This document shows, piece by piece, positions 1 through 9,000 of a stretch of DNA of 64,000 bases. A program made the translations under genes and the position numbers. The number at the start of each line of letters is the position of its first letter. The stretch's first letter is position 1. Source of the DNA: Cyanobacteria bacterium P01_D01_bin.156 (GTDB lineage: Bacteria; Cyanobacteriota; Cyanobacteriia; Phormidesmidales; Phormidesmidaceae); contig JBCCQQ010000029.1 in the NCBI GenBank assembly GCA_039024555.1, positions 1 to 64,000 on the forward strand, written 5' to 3'. The notes beneath the pieces were generated by a model that was not told the DNA's origin, did not search any database, and was given only the letters and a program-made list of their open reading frames with translations.

Positions 1-128
1 CTAGCGATGAATAATATCGCGAAAAAATGGAATCGACCGATTAAAGATTGGCGTGCTGCCTTGTCACATTTTGCTATTCTCTTCCCAGAACGCTTTTCTC
101 TTTAAGCAAACAAGCGTTTACACAAAAT

Positions 129-464
129 TCAGATCACTCTCAATGCGATCGCATTATGCCCCTTATAGGGTTGACCAGCGTAGAGCCCTTCTGCTTCAAA
201 CTCAAACATTACAGATGTGTCGTCATTGAGCACGTACTGCGGTTCCGAAAACGTCAGTCGGTCGCCTGCCGCTTCATGGTCTCGACATTTGGCAATCATC
301 TGCTGGCGTCCCTCTGGTCCGCTAAACTGGCCCCGATGAGCCCCCATCGGAAACCAAAACATCATTTCCTCGGCCAGCACTGCAATGTAGGGATCGAAAT
401 TGCCAGTAGTCCAACCCTGAGCAAACAAATCAAAGGCTTCACGAGCCGTTGCAATATCTATCAT
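129..464 (-). pseudogene. SnoaL/NTF2-like (ketosteroid isomerase-like) protein, probably C-terminally truncated
   Basis: AFDLFAQGWTTGNFDPYIAVLAEEMMFWFP...VMFEFEAEG...YKGHNAIALRVI is NTF2/SnoaL-like. It stops before the usual last strand (GKI..FREY), close to a HIP1 site at 145-152. Confidence 0.6.
145..152. repeat. HIP1 octamer GCGATCGC (representative; about 30 copies, nearly all beyond 18.6 kb)
   Basis: Read directly, e.g. at 145, 18607, 21981, 29712 and 42370. HIP1 is a hallmark of cyanobacterial genomes. Confidence 0.85.
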
Positions 465-693
465 GACATCTAGCGCTAACGGTGACTCACCAACTATACA
501 CCCCTTAAATCAAGGGTGCTGACTGATAACTCTGCTCCCATAATTCTTAAAGAATTCGCGGACAAATAAGCCACACATTTGAGTGGGATTCAAGCACCCT
601 GCCTGTACTCATCGCTGTTCTTCAACCCCTGCGCTTGCCAGCACGAACCTCAGTTCACCAAATGTAATCTCAGCAGTTTGCGATCATAAGCTA

Positions 694-713
694 TCATCCC
701 CTCAGGGGGATGA
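694..713 (+). promoter_or_regulatory. 8-bp perfect hairpin (TCATCCCC-tcag-GGGGATGA) in the cas6 leader, CRISPR-repeat-like
   Basis: Inverted repeat read directly, ending 27 nt before the ATG at 741. The CCCC-N4-GGGG stem is typical of cyanobacterial CRISPR repeats. Single copy only. Confidence 0.35.
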
Positions 714-740
714 ATTGACCTCGTTCCCTTGCTCCCTGAC

Positions 741-1874
741 ATGCCGCGTCCCACAAAATCCTCAACCACCCTAAATCTTTCCGCCAAGACCTACTGGCCG
801 AAAACGACCGAGCTGGTTAGCCTAGAATTTCTCTTTAAACCCCAGGGCAATAGCGCTCTCTATCCACAGTACACGATTGGTCTCCATGCCTGGTTACTCC
901 ACCAACTTAGAGACATTGACCCAGAACTCTCGGCCTACATGCACGATGGCGAGTCCGAAAAACCCTTTACCATCACTGGGCTCGATGGTCAGTTTATCCC
1001 CCAAAGCCAGTCCCTCAAACTTCAGAAAAACAAAGTCTATCGTTGGCGCATCAGCAGTCTGTGTAAACCCGTAACCCAGGGTATCGCCACCTGGCTACGT
1101 CAGCTACCGGACGAGATTGCCCTTAGAAACTCTCCCCTGACCATCAAGGCTGTTAATTTTGCTCATCCACCCACCACCTATGCCAAGCTGCTACAGCAAG
1201 GCAACACTGGAGAAGGGAGCATTAGCCTGAGTTTCCATAGCCCTACCAGCTTTCGCCGCAAGGGTAATCATTTTCCCTTACCCTTACCTAAGAATGTATT
1301 CCATAGCTACCTACGTCGCTGGAATCATTTTGCCAAAAAGCCCGTAAACCCAGAAGACTTTCTCGACTGGGTGGATACCTACGTTATTCTCCGGCAGCAT
1401 CAGCTCGTCACCCACAAAGTTGCTGTGGGTAAACAAGGCTCCGTTACTGGCTTTACCGGTGCCGTTATCTATGCCATCGATCGTCGTGGCCTGACTGAAG
1501 ATTCTTTTGTTCATCTGTTCTATGCCCTGACGCAGCTGGCCCCCTACTGCGGTACCGGTCACAAAACCACCTTTGGCCTAGGCGAAACCCAGCTGGGCTG
1601 GCATACTGCCCAGGCGGCACCCCCTGTGCCTACCCAGCAGCGATTATTGGCCGAGCGTATGGATGAACTTACTGAAATCTTTCTCTCTACCAAAAAGCGT
1701 CAGGGTGGCCGCCGTGCCATCGATACTGCCGAAACCTGGGCCACCATTTTAGCTAGACGGGAGATGGGGGATTCGCTTCAGGAGATTGCCGATGATATGG
1801 AGCTGGTGTATGACACGGTGAAGACATATTCGAAGTTGGCACGACGTGCGATGCGAGAGTTTGAGGAAGAGTAG
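741..1874 (+). CDS. cas6: CRISPR RNA processing endoribonuclease Cas6 with C-terminal HTH-like extension
   Basis: EKPFTITGL, FHSPTSFRRKG, GSVTGFTG and the G-rich loop YCGTGHKTTFGLG. C-terminal GDSLQEIADDMELVYDTVKTYSKLARR is HTH-like. ATG at 741 preferred over TTG at 729. Confidence 0.93.
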   Translation: MPRPTKSSTTLNLSAKTYWPKTTELVSLEFLFKPQGNSALYPQYTIGLHAWLLHQLRDIDPELSAYMHDGESEKPFTITGLDGQFIPQSQSLKLQKNKVYRWRISSLCKPVTQGIATWLRQLPDEIALRNSPLTIKAVNFAHPPTTYAKLLQQGNTGEGSISLSFHSPTSFRRKGNHFPLPLPKNVFHSYLRRWNHFAKKPVNPEDFLDWVDTYVILRQHQLVTHKVAVGKQGSVTGFTGAVIYAIDRRGLTEDSFVHLFYALTQLAPYCGTGHKTTFGLGETQLGWHTAQAAPPVPTQQRLLAERMDELTEIFLSTKKRQGGRRAIDTAETWATILARREMGDSLQEIADDMELVYDTVKTYSKLARRAMREFEEE

Positions 1875-1939
1875 AGGCAGGGGAGCATGGGTATTTTCTT
1901 ACATCACTATTTTTTTTGGTAGTGGGTCATTGCGACTAA

Positions 1940-2110
1940 CTATTTTCGCAACACCCCATGGTGTTTAATCACACGCTGGTTGAGCTGCCCCAGGCGAATG
2001 CGGATGGCTGCATTGAGTTCAGTAAAACTCTGAAACTGCAGATGACGAAAAGGAGCCAGGATTTGTCGTTCTACTTCTTGTACCGTTTTTTCGATTTTAA
2101 GCTCGATAGA
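1940..2110 (-). mobile_element. IS21-family transposase (IstA) remnant
   Basis: The minus frame reads KIEKTVQEVERQILAPFRHLQFQSFTELNAAIRIRLGQLNQRVIKHHGVLRK*, matching the IstA pattern K.KVE..V..VER.ILA.LR...F.S..ELN.AI...L..LN.R. Only a fragment is present. Confidence 0.75.
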
Positions 2111-2157
2111 CCAATCCTCTTAATCTTGAACCTGGTCTCCTGATTCCATAAAACACC

Positions 2158-2290
2158 GGCTTTGGTGCGTGAATGTTCAATTATCAATCAGTTCACTCAT
2201 TTGGGAATGCCGGATAGCTACCCTGTTGAAGCCTGAAATCGATGCCTTGGAGGATCGATCTGACTGACAGAACATTCACGCACCAAAGCC
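2158..2290 (+). mobile_element. 133-bp MITE / internally deleted IS5 (IS903-group) element
   Basis: Perfect 21-bp terminal inverted repeats GGCTTTGGTGCGTGAATGTTC (2158-2178, 2270-2290), with an IS903-like GGCTTTG start. The interior encodes CSIINQFTHLGMPDSYPVEA*, resembling an IS903-group transposase C-terminus. No target-site duplication seen. Confidence 0.8.
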
Positions 2291-2366
2291 TGAACTGAGT
2301 GAAAGGTGAAAAAACATAGCTGCGACACTACTTGATAGAACTCCATCACAATACCTCCCCATAGGA

Positions 2367-3734
2367 CTACCAAAACCTGATGGGAATAAGCTTACTGATC
2401 TCTCTGTAAAGACGTTTATGTAGTGGAATCCATTTCGAAAAAATTTTAGCATAACCGCTTGAACCTGGTCTTAGCTCTTCGTCTTTGTTCTCGATAGAAA
2501 TCTCAACTGCGGCAATACGATTTTGTTGAGTTTCATCAGTTTCTATTCTATAAGAAGAGATTTCTTCGACGCGTCCCTCATGAACTTCCTGTTTTGACTG
2601 CTGCACTCTAACCCTGATAGGTGCTCCTAAGTTTACGTATTCAAAATCGTCCTCTTTAACTTCTACTTTGGCAGTTAGTTCCTGCAGGTTAACAACCTTC
2701 AGTATGATTGTATTCGGCCCTATTTCTTGGCCTAATGCAAGATCCAGATCTTCGCTTAACACTCTGCCAGAGAGAGTCGAATAAACGGTTAGTGAAGTTT
2801 GTTGAGTCTTAAGACTTTCAAGCCTTTCTGTCAGTACCTGAATCATCTCTTCATAAGCTCTAATATTAGCATTTGCCTCAGCAATTTTCAAAGCTGACTG
2901 TTGTGCTGCTGTTTGGTATTCGGCGTTGAAAGTTTGATCTTCCATACTTTCAAGTAGTTGTCGGTTTGTCAGTTTGATTTCTTCACCAACAACGATTAGT
3001 TCTTTTTCAGTTTCTTGATAGGCGCTCTCAGCGTCGCGCACTACTTTTTCGGCCATGGCTCCGGCCTCATAGAGTGTCCGGTAGTTATCGATGTCCAATT
3101 TTAATTCTCCAAGTCGTTCCTGCAAACGGCTGGCTCTTACTTCCAGGGCCTTTAGTTCCGGAGGAGGAGAGCTGGTTTTGAGTTGAGTAACGCGGTTCTG
3201 TAAACGATTCGCTTGAGTTTGGGTAGATTGAGCAAGAATTGCGGCCTCACTCAACTTAGTTTCTAATTCCACTTGTTGGACTTGTAATCTTTCTAATGCA
3301 GACTGGGCCTGGGTTAATTTTTCCTCAGTTTCAGTGATTTCACGTTCGAGTTCCAGATCGTTGAATTTAACCAAGGACTGTCCTGGAGAGACTGTATCTC
3401 CAGTATTAACATAGATTTCCTGAACGACTGCTCCTCTAGGAGCATAAACGGCTTGTCGTTGTCCTTCAGTCGATTCTAGGGTGACTTCTCCTCCGACCCA
3501 GTAAGGTGTGGGAATAAAGGCGGCAGCAGCTAATCCTGAGACAATCAATCCTCGCCTCAACCAGACTCTATGGGATATGGGGGGTTCCAAGAAGTTATTC
3601 TCAGATGGAGTAGCTTGGCCTGAACTCATCTTAGCGGTAGCACCCTCTTCAGGAGTTTTTGGGAGGGGAGTGTGATGCTTGGGCATGATGATGCGCAGAG
3701 GTTTTTTAGGGGCTGGATTGGGATTTGCAGTCAT
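2367..3734 (-). CDS. HlyD-family membrane fusion / periplasmic adaptor protein
   Basis: N-terminal hydrophobic segment, lipoyl half-motifs (VYAPRGAVVQEIYVNTGDTVSPGQSLV; VYSTLSGRV), long coiled coil and C-terminal LRPGSSGYAKI. Start taken at ATG 3734, overlapping the end of the M50 gene. Confidence 0.88.
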   Translation of the reverse strand: MTANPNPAPKKPLRIIMPKHHTPLPKTPEEGATAKMSSGQATPSENNFLEPPISHRVWLRRGLIVSGLAAAAFIPTPYWVGGEVTLESTEGQRQAVYAPRGAVVQEIYVNTGDTVSPGQSLVKFNDLELEREITETEEKLTQAQSALERLQVQQVELETKLSEAAILAQSTQTQANRLQNRVTQLKTSSPPPELKALEVRASRLQERLGELKLDIDNYRTLYEAGAMAEKVVRDAESAYQETEKELIVVGEEIKLTNRQLLESMEDQTFNAEYQTAAQQSALKIAEANANIRAYEEMIQVLTERLESLKTQQTSLTVYSTLSGRVLSEDLDLALGQEIGPNTIILKVVNLQELTAKVEVKEDDFEYVNLGAPIRVRVQQSKQEVHEGRVEEISSYRIETDETQQNRIAAVEISIENKDEELRPGSSGYAKIFSKWIPLHKRLYREISKLIPIRFW

Positions 3735-4902
3735 GGAGCTTAGTAGGGGCAGTGTAATACAACAACCAGAGTACAGATAGAACGATTGTGAGATAGGGTA
3801 CATGGATGAAAATCCAGATACCAAAGCTAAATAGGAATTTACCAAAAATTAAAATGAGATAGATCAAGCTCAGAGGTGCATAGGCCAACAAAATCCAGAA
3901 ATCCTGACCGGATTCCAGGGGTGAACGACCACCGAGGAGTCTTTGATACAGGAGAAAGGAACGACTGCGCAGGTTGTTGATACCGGTAATAGCAACAGCA
4001 ATGTAATAACCATCGAATCGGACCAAAGGATTGAGATTGAGTGCTACCGTAAAGAGTGCAGCCACCATGAGTAAATAACTACTGGTATGCAGCCAGGTAT
4101 TTTCAGCCGATGTGAACCACAACCAGAAGGCTGCTGCTCCAATGATAAGTTGACAGGCTACACCTGCGACTACAACCCAAAAGCGCTGTTGTCTTTTGAT
4201 CAAGCAATAGGCATCGGTTGTATTGGTATAAGCAGCCGGAAACAAGCACATAAAAATTAGGCCAATCTCAGGAACAATACCACCGTAGTGCTTGAGGGTA
4301 AAGGCATGGCCGAGTTCATGGATTGATACGACTGCAACGGACAGAAGAATAAAGGGAATTAACAGATTCCCTCCCTGGGCTGCAACGAGCTGTTGGCCGA
4401 AGTAAGTGATTGCTGCTCGATGGTGGAGAGCTAATACTGTTGTGTAGGTCAGAAAAATTCCGAGGGTGACGGCAACTGGACGAGTCCAAATCCAGTGCAA
4501 TTTATCAATATGCTGTGAGAGCCACTGATCAGGATTGATGAGTTTGCGTCTGAAATATAAAAGTTGAAGTGGCGTGAATTTTCGTTTGGGCGGTTTAGGA
4601 GGGCTGCTCCCCTCTAACATGCCGGTCAGACTTAAGAGTCTCAGCAAATGTTGCAGCTCTTGGGGAGAGACATCGTAGGCTCTGATAACTCCATGAGGAG
4701 CATGTTGACTCAGGGCTTCAATGACTTGCTTGTCGGGAGAACTGACTTGTAAGTAAGTCACGTCTTGAGTATTGCGCAGTAACCAGTAGCCGTCGGGATG
4801 CTCAATCCACTGAACGACATCTTTAAGAGCAAAGTTCACAGTGGGTTTTGAATTTTGGTGAAATGAGGTAGGCACAGTCAAACTTGGCTCCTGAACTCGC
4901 AA
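3706..4902 (-). CDS. M50 (site-2) intramembrane zinc metalloprotease with N-terminal PqqD/RRE-like domain
   Basis: HELGH and NLNPLVRFDGYY motifs with several TM helices. N-terminal YWLLRNTQDVTYLQVSSPDKQVIEAL...LQHLLRLLSLTGML is wHTH-like. TTG start. Confidence 0.88.
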   Translation of the reverse strand: MRVQEPSLTVPTSFHQNSKPTVNFALKDVVQWIEHPDGYWLLRNTQDVTYLQVSSPDKQVIEALSQHAPHGVIRAYDVSPQELQHLLRLLSLTGMLEGSSPPKPPKRKFTPLQLLYFRRKLINPDQWLSQHIDKLHWIWTRPVAVTLGIFLTYTTVLALHHRAAITYFGQQLVAAQGGNLLIPFILLSVAVVSIHELGHAFTLKHYGGIVPEIGLIFMCLFPAAYTNTTDAYCLIKRQQRFWVVVAGVACQLIIGAAAFWLWFTSAENTWLHTSSYLLMVAALFTVALNLNPLVRFDGYYIAVAITGINNLRSRSFLLYQRLLGGRSPLESGQDFWILLAYAPLSLIYLILIFGKFLFSFGIWIFIHVPYLTIVLSVLWLLYYTAPTKLHDCKSQSSP

Positions 4903-4925
4903 ATTTAGTTAAGCTGCTAATTCAT

Positions 4926-5939
4926 CTAACGGTGTAATGGATTTTGGAAGATGGGCTTGCCCTGAGAATCGCATAACGCTTTGCCATCAGCATCTCGTTC
5001 GGCATCGCAAAAGAGATAGTTACCCTCATCATCTTGTTTAAGATGCAGTTTACCGTGAAGGTATTGATAGGCAGGTGTCTGAAACTGAGGATTGCCTTCG
5101 TGCATAAAAATGTTGCCGTTTTCGTCTTTCAGCACTGGGCAGACGACTAAATTGCCCTGCTTATCGAAGACGAAACTTTGGGTCTGAGGATCGCGTACTG
5201 GGGTGGGATACAGAGGTAATTGAGGTTTTTCCGCAGTGGATTCTACAGTCAGAGGTTGAAGAAATACAGGCTCGCCTTGGGGATTTTTGACTAGGAGACC
5301 TGTTTTCGGATCTCGTAAGGGAAGGGAACGAGGAACTGGCGGTTTAAGGTCTGCAATGTCGGGAAGGGGAGGATGGAGGTTGGGCAGATCGATGCCTTTG
5401 GGAAGGTCGTAGTGGCGGGTATATTGAACAGCAGTGCGACTAAAACCAAGTTTTTCCAGAAGAGCGTGAAGACCGCTGAGGTGAGCACCGACCATGAGGT
5501 CAATGTCGCTGACTTTCATGGAGTCGGCATGTTGTAGTGCCGCGTCAACCAGCAGCTTGATGGCTTCTAGGGTACGGTGCTCTGGCTCTACGTAGAAGGC
5601 AAGTACAGAGCCAATACGGCGGTATTGATAGGGATGGAGATCGCGGTGTCTAGCTCTGAAGTCCTGAGATAAGTTAGACGATGGAGATTCGTCATAGTAG
5701 TTGCCAATCAGAAAGCCTACTGCTTTATGGTCAGTTACTAACGAAGAATCCTGAGTTTTTAATAGCCAACAAAAAGATAAGGGTTTCGAAATTTGGTGAG
5801 CAGCATACTTCTCAAAATCGAATCCATCTTTGACGGCCACAGAAGGATTTTCTTGAGTTCTCTCTAAGACAAAATTTTTCCAATGATCGGCGATGATCTT
5901 GCTGTCTTCAGGAAAGGCACGAGTGACTGAGAAATTCAT
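4926..5939 (-). CDS. GNAT-family acyltransferase with C-terminal beta-hairpin repeats
   Basis: AVGFLIG, IGSVLAFYVEPEHR and ALLEKLGF are GNAT motifs. The C-terminus has repeated RDPKTG/RDPQTQ/DKQGN/KDENGN/DDEGN/DADGK/DSQGK hairpins. Confidence 0.75.
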   Translation of the reverse strand: MNFSVTRAFPEDSKIIADHWKNFVLERTQENPSVAVKDGFDFEKYAAHQISKPLSFCWLLKTQDSSLVTDHKAVGFLIGNYYDESPSSNLSQDFRARHRDLHPYQYRRIGSVLAFYVEPEHRTLEAIKLLVDAALQHADSMKVSDIDLMVGAHLSGLHALLEKLGFSRTAVQYTRHYDLPKGIDLPNLHPPLPDIADLKPPVPRSLPLRDPKTGLLVKNPQGEPVFLQPLTVESTAEKPQLPLYPTPVRDPQTQSFVFDKQGNLVVCPVLKDENGNIFMHEGNPQFQTPAYQYLHGKLHLKQDDEGNYLFCDAERDADGKALCDSQGKPIFQNPLHR

Positions 5940-6012
5940 GGCTTGTTCTTCGAAACTCCATCAAAGTATTTGGTTTGAAGAGGGGCAATTAGAAATATGC
6001 CGAATAAGACAT

Positions 6013-9000
6013 CTAATCTATGTCGCCATTATCTTTAATCTCCTTATAGGCAATACCTTTTTGATCTAGCCAAGCTTTCACATTGTTTGGTATTGATGAT
6101 GAATGGATTTCAAATTTTTTGTTGAATCTTTCTGCTGTCGCTGAATGTTGCGATGCTTGAGACTTGAAATCATTAAAGAGTTTTGGATTTTCTCCTATTC
6201 TCTTTATGCGTTCAGGATGCTTTGCGTCCCACCATACATTACCTTTAGCTCCATCAAATTCACGAGCTTTGAGAGAACCAGGTATGCTGACTTCAAATCC
6301 ATACTCCCCAGTTACCTTAAACTTCAAATCGGCAATTTCTGACAACTCTGCCTTGATCTCTGTAGGGCGATCAGATTTCCTGTAAAATCCCACATATTCT
6401 TCAAATCCTTTACCTGATAATCTGTCAAAGCTTATAGGAAGATTTTTATCTGCTTCTATTAAGCTTTTAGTTGCAGGAGACTGGAAAAATTTCTTTAGTG
6501 AAGCATTCTGAATTCTCTCGAAGAGAGACTTTACAGGCTTGCTGGTTACTAGTTGTTTTGCAACACCACCTACTCCAGGCGCTAACCCAATGAGAGAACC
6601 CGCTGCATTTACCCAGTTCAAAGGCTCATCCATTGAACTAGGATCGCTTTGAAATTTGTCATAGATGATCTTTAAATCGCGTATATCTGTTGCTCCAGTA
6701 GGATCAAGTATGTCAATCATGGTTCCTAGAAAGACTTGACCAGATGATGGATTTCTGTTGAATTCGCCAAGTAAAGCCCCTGCAAGGAATTCCATTTCTT
6801 CGCTTTTTGGAGGCTTAATACCTGTTATGTCTTCTCCTAGAAACTCACTCACTCCGCTCAGTGCCTGCCGAAACTTGGCACCTGCTAGGCCTGCAGTAAT
6901 AACATCATCTTCAAACTTATAGTTACCTGGAGTGAGTTTAAAGTCACCGAAATCAGGATCCTCTAGTGCTCCGGCTATTGGGTCTTGAGGATTATTGATA
7001 GAGTCACCAGGAAATAGTGGATCCTCACCAGACTCATTGTCTTGTTCAGGAATTTCGTTAGTAGCAATGAAGATAGCAGCTATTTTTTTCTTAGTATCTA
7101 CAGAAATATCCTGGAACACTTCATTAGCCTTTTCAGGTTCCATTTCTGCAAGAACACTAATCTGTTCATTGGGATCATCCAGTTGTTCGATCACAGTAGC
7201 AGCAACATCATCTGGTAAATCTTCTACAGTGTCGCTTAAGGCTAATAGCCGATCTTCTCTAGGCAGATCTTCCACTGAAGCTAAAACTTCCTCTGCACGT
7301 TTTTCTAAAGTTTCTTGCCTGCTGCTGTCATCTTCAGCATCTTGGTTGTCTTGTGAATCCTCTTGTGGTGTGACTGCATCTTTGTCCGCAATTTCATCGA
7401 CAGCCGTTCTGATTTCTTCATCCCATGTGCCTAACAGAGAATCGATACCTGACAGCCATGCATTAATACCGCCAGTGCTGATTGCACCTGCCAGTGCTAG
7501 CCCAGTATTGCCCGTTTTATCGACGTATTTCAGAGCAGTATCTACTGCATCATTAAAGAAGCTGCTAAAGCTTGTACTAATACTAATGGCCCCGTTGAAT
7601 AACCCCTCAACTGCAGCAAACCAATCTCCATCTTTGATCGCATCGATACCGTCATAAATCATTTGGGGAGCTTTTTCTAAGCCATTCAGCACTGATTGCA
7701 TCACCTTTGAGCCCGTAGAGGAAAGCTGAGAGAAGACATTCTGTAGCCCTTGAGTTGCCGCACCCGCCGCACCACCAAGAATCTGCAAGGCTCCCAACAC
7801 ACTTTCGCCAGTCTTAATCGAGCGGATACCATTAAAGGCTCCTGATGTGGCTGCTTGTAATCCCTGCAGGCTACGAGTAGCGATGGATCCTATAAGATTT
7901 CCTGCGCCAGCAGTAACAGCACTTACACCAGCCATAACTGCCCCAAAGGCAGCCCCAGCCCAGTCACCATTAATAGCGGACTGGATGGCATTAATCCCTG
8001 CGCCCGCTGCAATTAAACCGATGCCAACCACCTGTAAACCGGGGACAAAACTGACGACGGTACCAACTAAGCTGACGACCGTGGAAAGCGTGCTAAGGAC
8101 CTTACTCCAAACTGCTTTTTTCCGCTGTTTACGGATCTCCTCTCGCCTGGCGATTACTTGCTCGATAGCTTCCCTCGCAAGTCTTGCCCGCTCTTCGGCG
8201 ATTGCCACTTGGCCCTCTGCATAATAAATACCTGCTAGGACTGCCGAATACTCTGCATCTAGCTCATCCAGCAGAACCCTTATTTCCTCATTCTTTTCTG
8301 CCTCTTCAAAGAATGTCTTGACGGCAGCTTCCAGATTCGTTTGGGCCTGTTGTAAAAGCTGTCCCTCTTTCTGAGTTTCGGCATCAATTTCAGCGAGTTC
8401 TGCCTTATAGCGATTTATTTGTTCAACTATGCCGTCAGCAGCGGCAATGATATTCGCTTGAATATTGGCGGCTTCTTCACCTTGTAAAGCTAAGTGGATA
8501 TCTCCTTTCACCTCAATCAAGAGAGCTTTCAGGTCATCAGGAAGATCCGGCTCTTCAGTTTCCAAAACATCTAGTTGCCCCAGCAAGCTTGCCATCTGAG
8601 ACTGCATCTGGACAGGGGATTCGACGACATCCAAGTCGGTCATCCCCAGGCTGCCTCGAATTTCGTTGAGCGCTTGTTGTAGGTCTGCCTCTGCCTGAAC
8701 CTGTTCCAGTTGTTCTATTTGCGCCAGAACAACTTGGCGTTTACGCTCAATCGCCTGTCTTTCGCGGGCGAGCCAGTTTTCGAGGCTCTGGTCAATACCA
8801 GCCTCCCGCTGCTTGGCAATTTCGATCTCTAACTGGGCCTGAGCCAGATTGAGCTGCTCTAGATTAGCGACCTGGATAAAGGTTTGCTCAGCTTCTACTC
8901 GGACTTCTTCAATAACTTTGATGCGAATCTCGATGAGTTCCAGGTCGCGGTTCTTGTGCTCAATCTCTTCCTGAGATTGAGCGATTCGGTTGTTAATCTT

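Noticed and set aside
2158..2290. Retron msr-msd or other structured ncRNA suggested by the long inverted repeat
   Set aside because: No reverse transcriptase is nearby. The ends and internal peptide match an IS903-group element.
480..2360. CRISPR array near cas6
   Set aside because: No repeated unit with spacers was found; only one hairpin.
3735..3845. Longer N-terminus of the HlyD ORF as given in the track
   Set aside because: It overlaps the M50 gene by 140 nt and looks non-coding in this frame; ATG at 3734 is more plausible.
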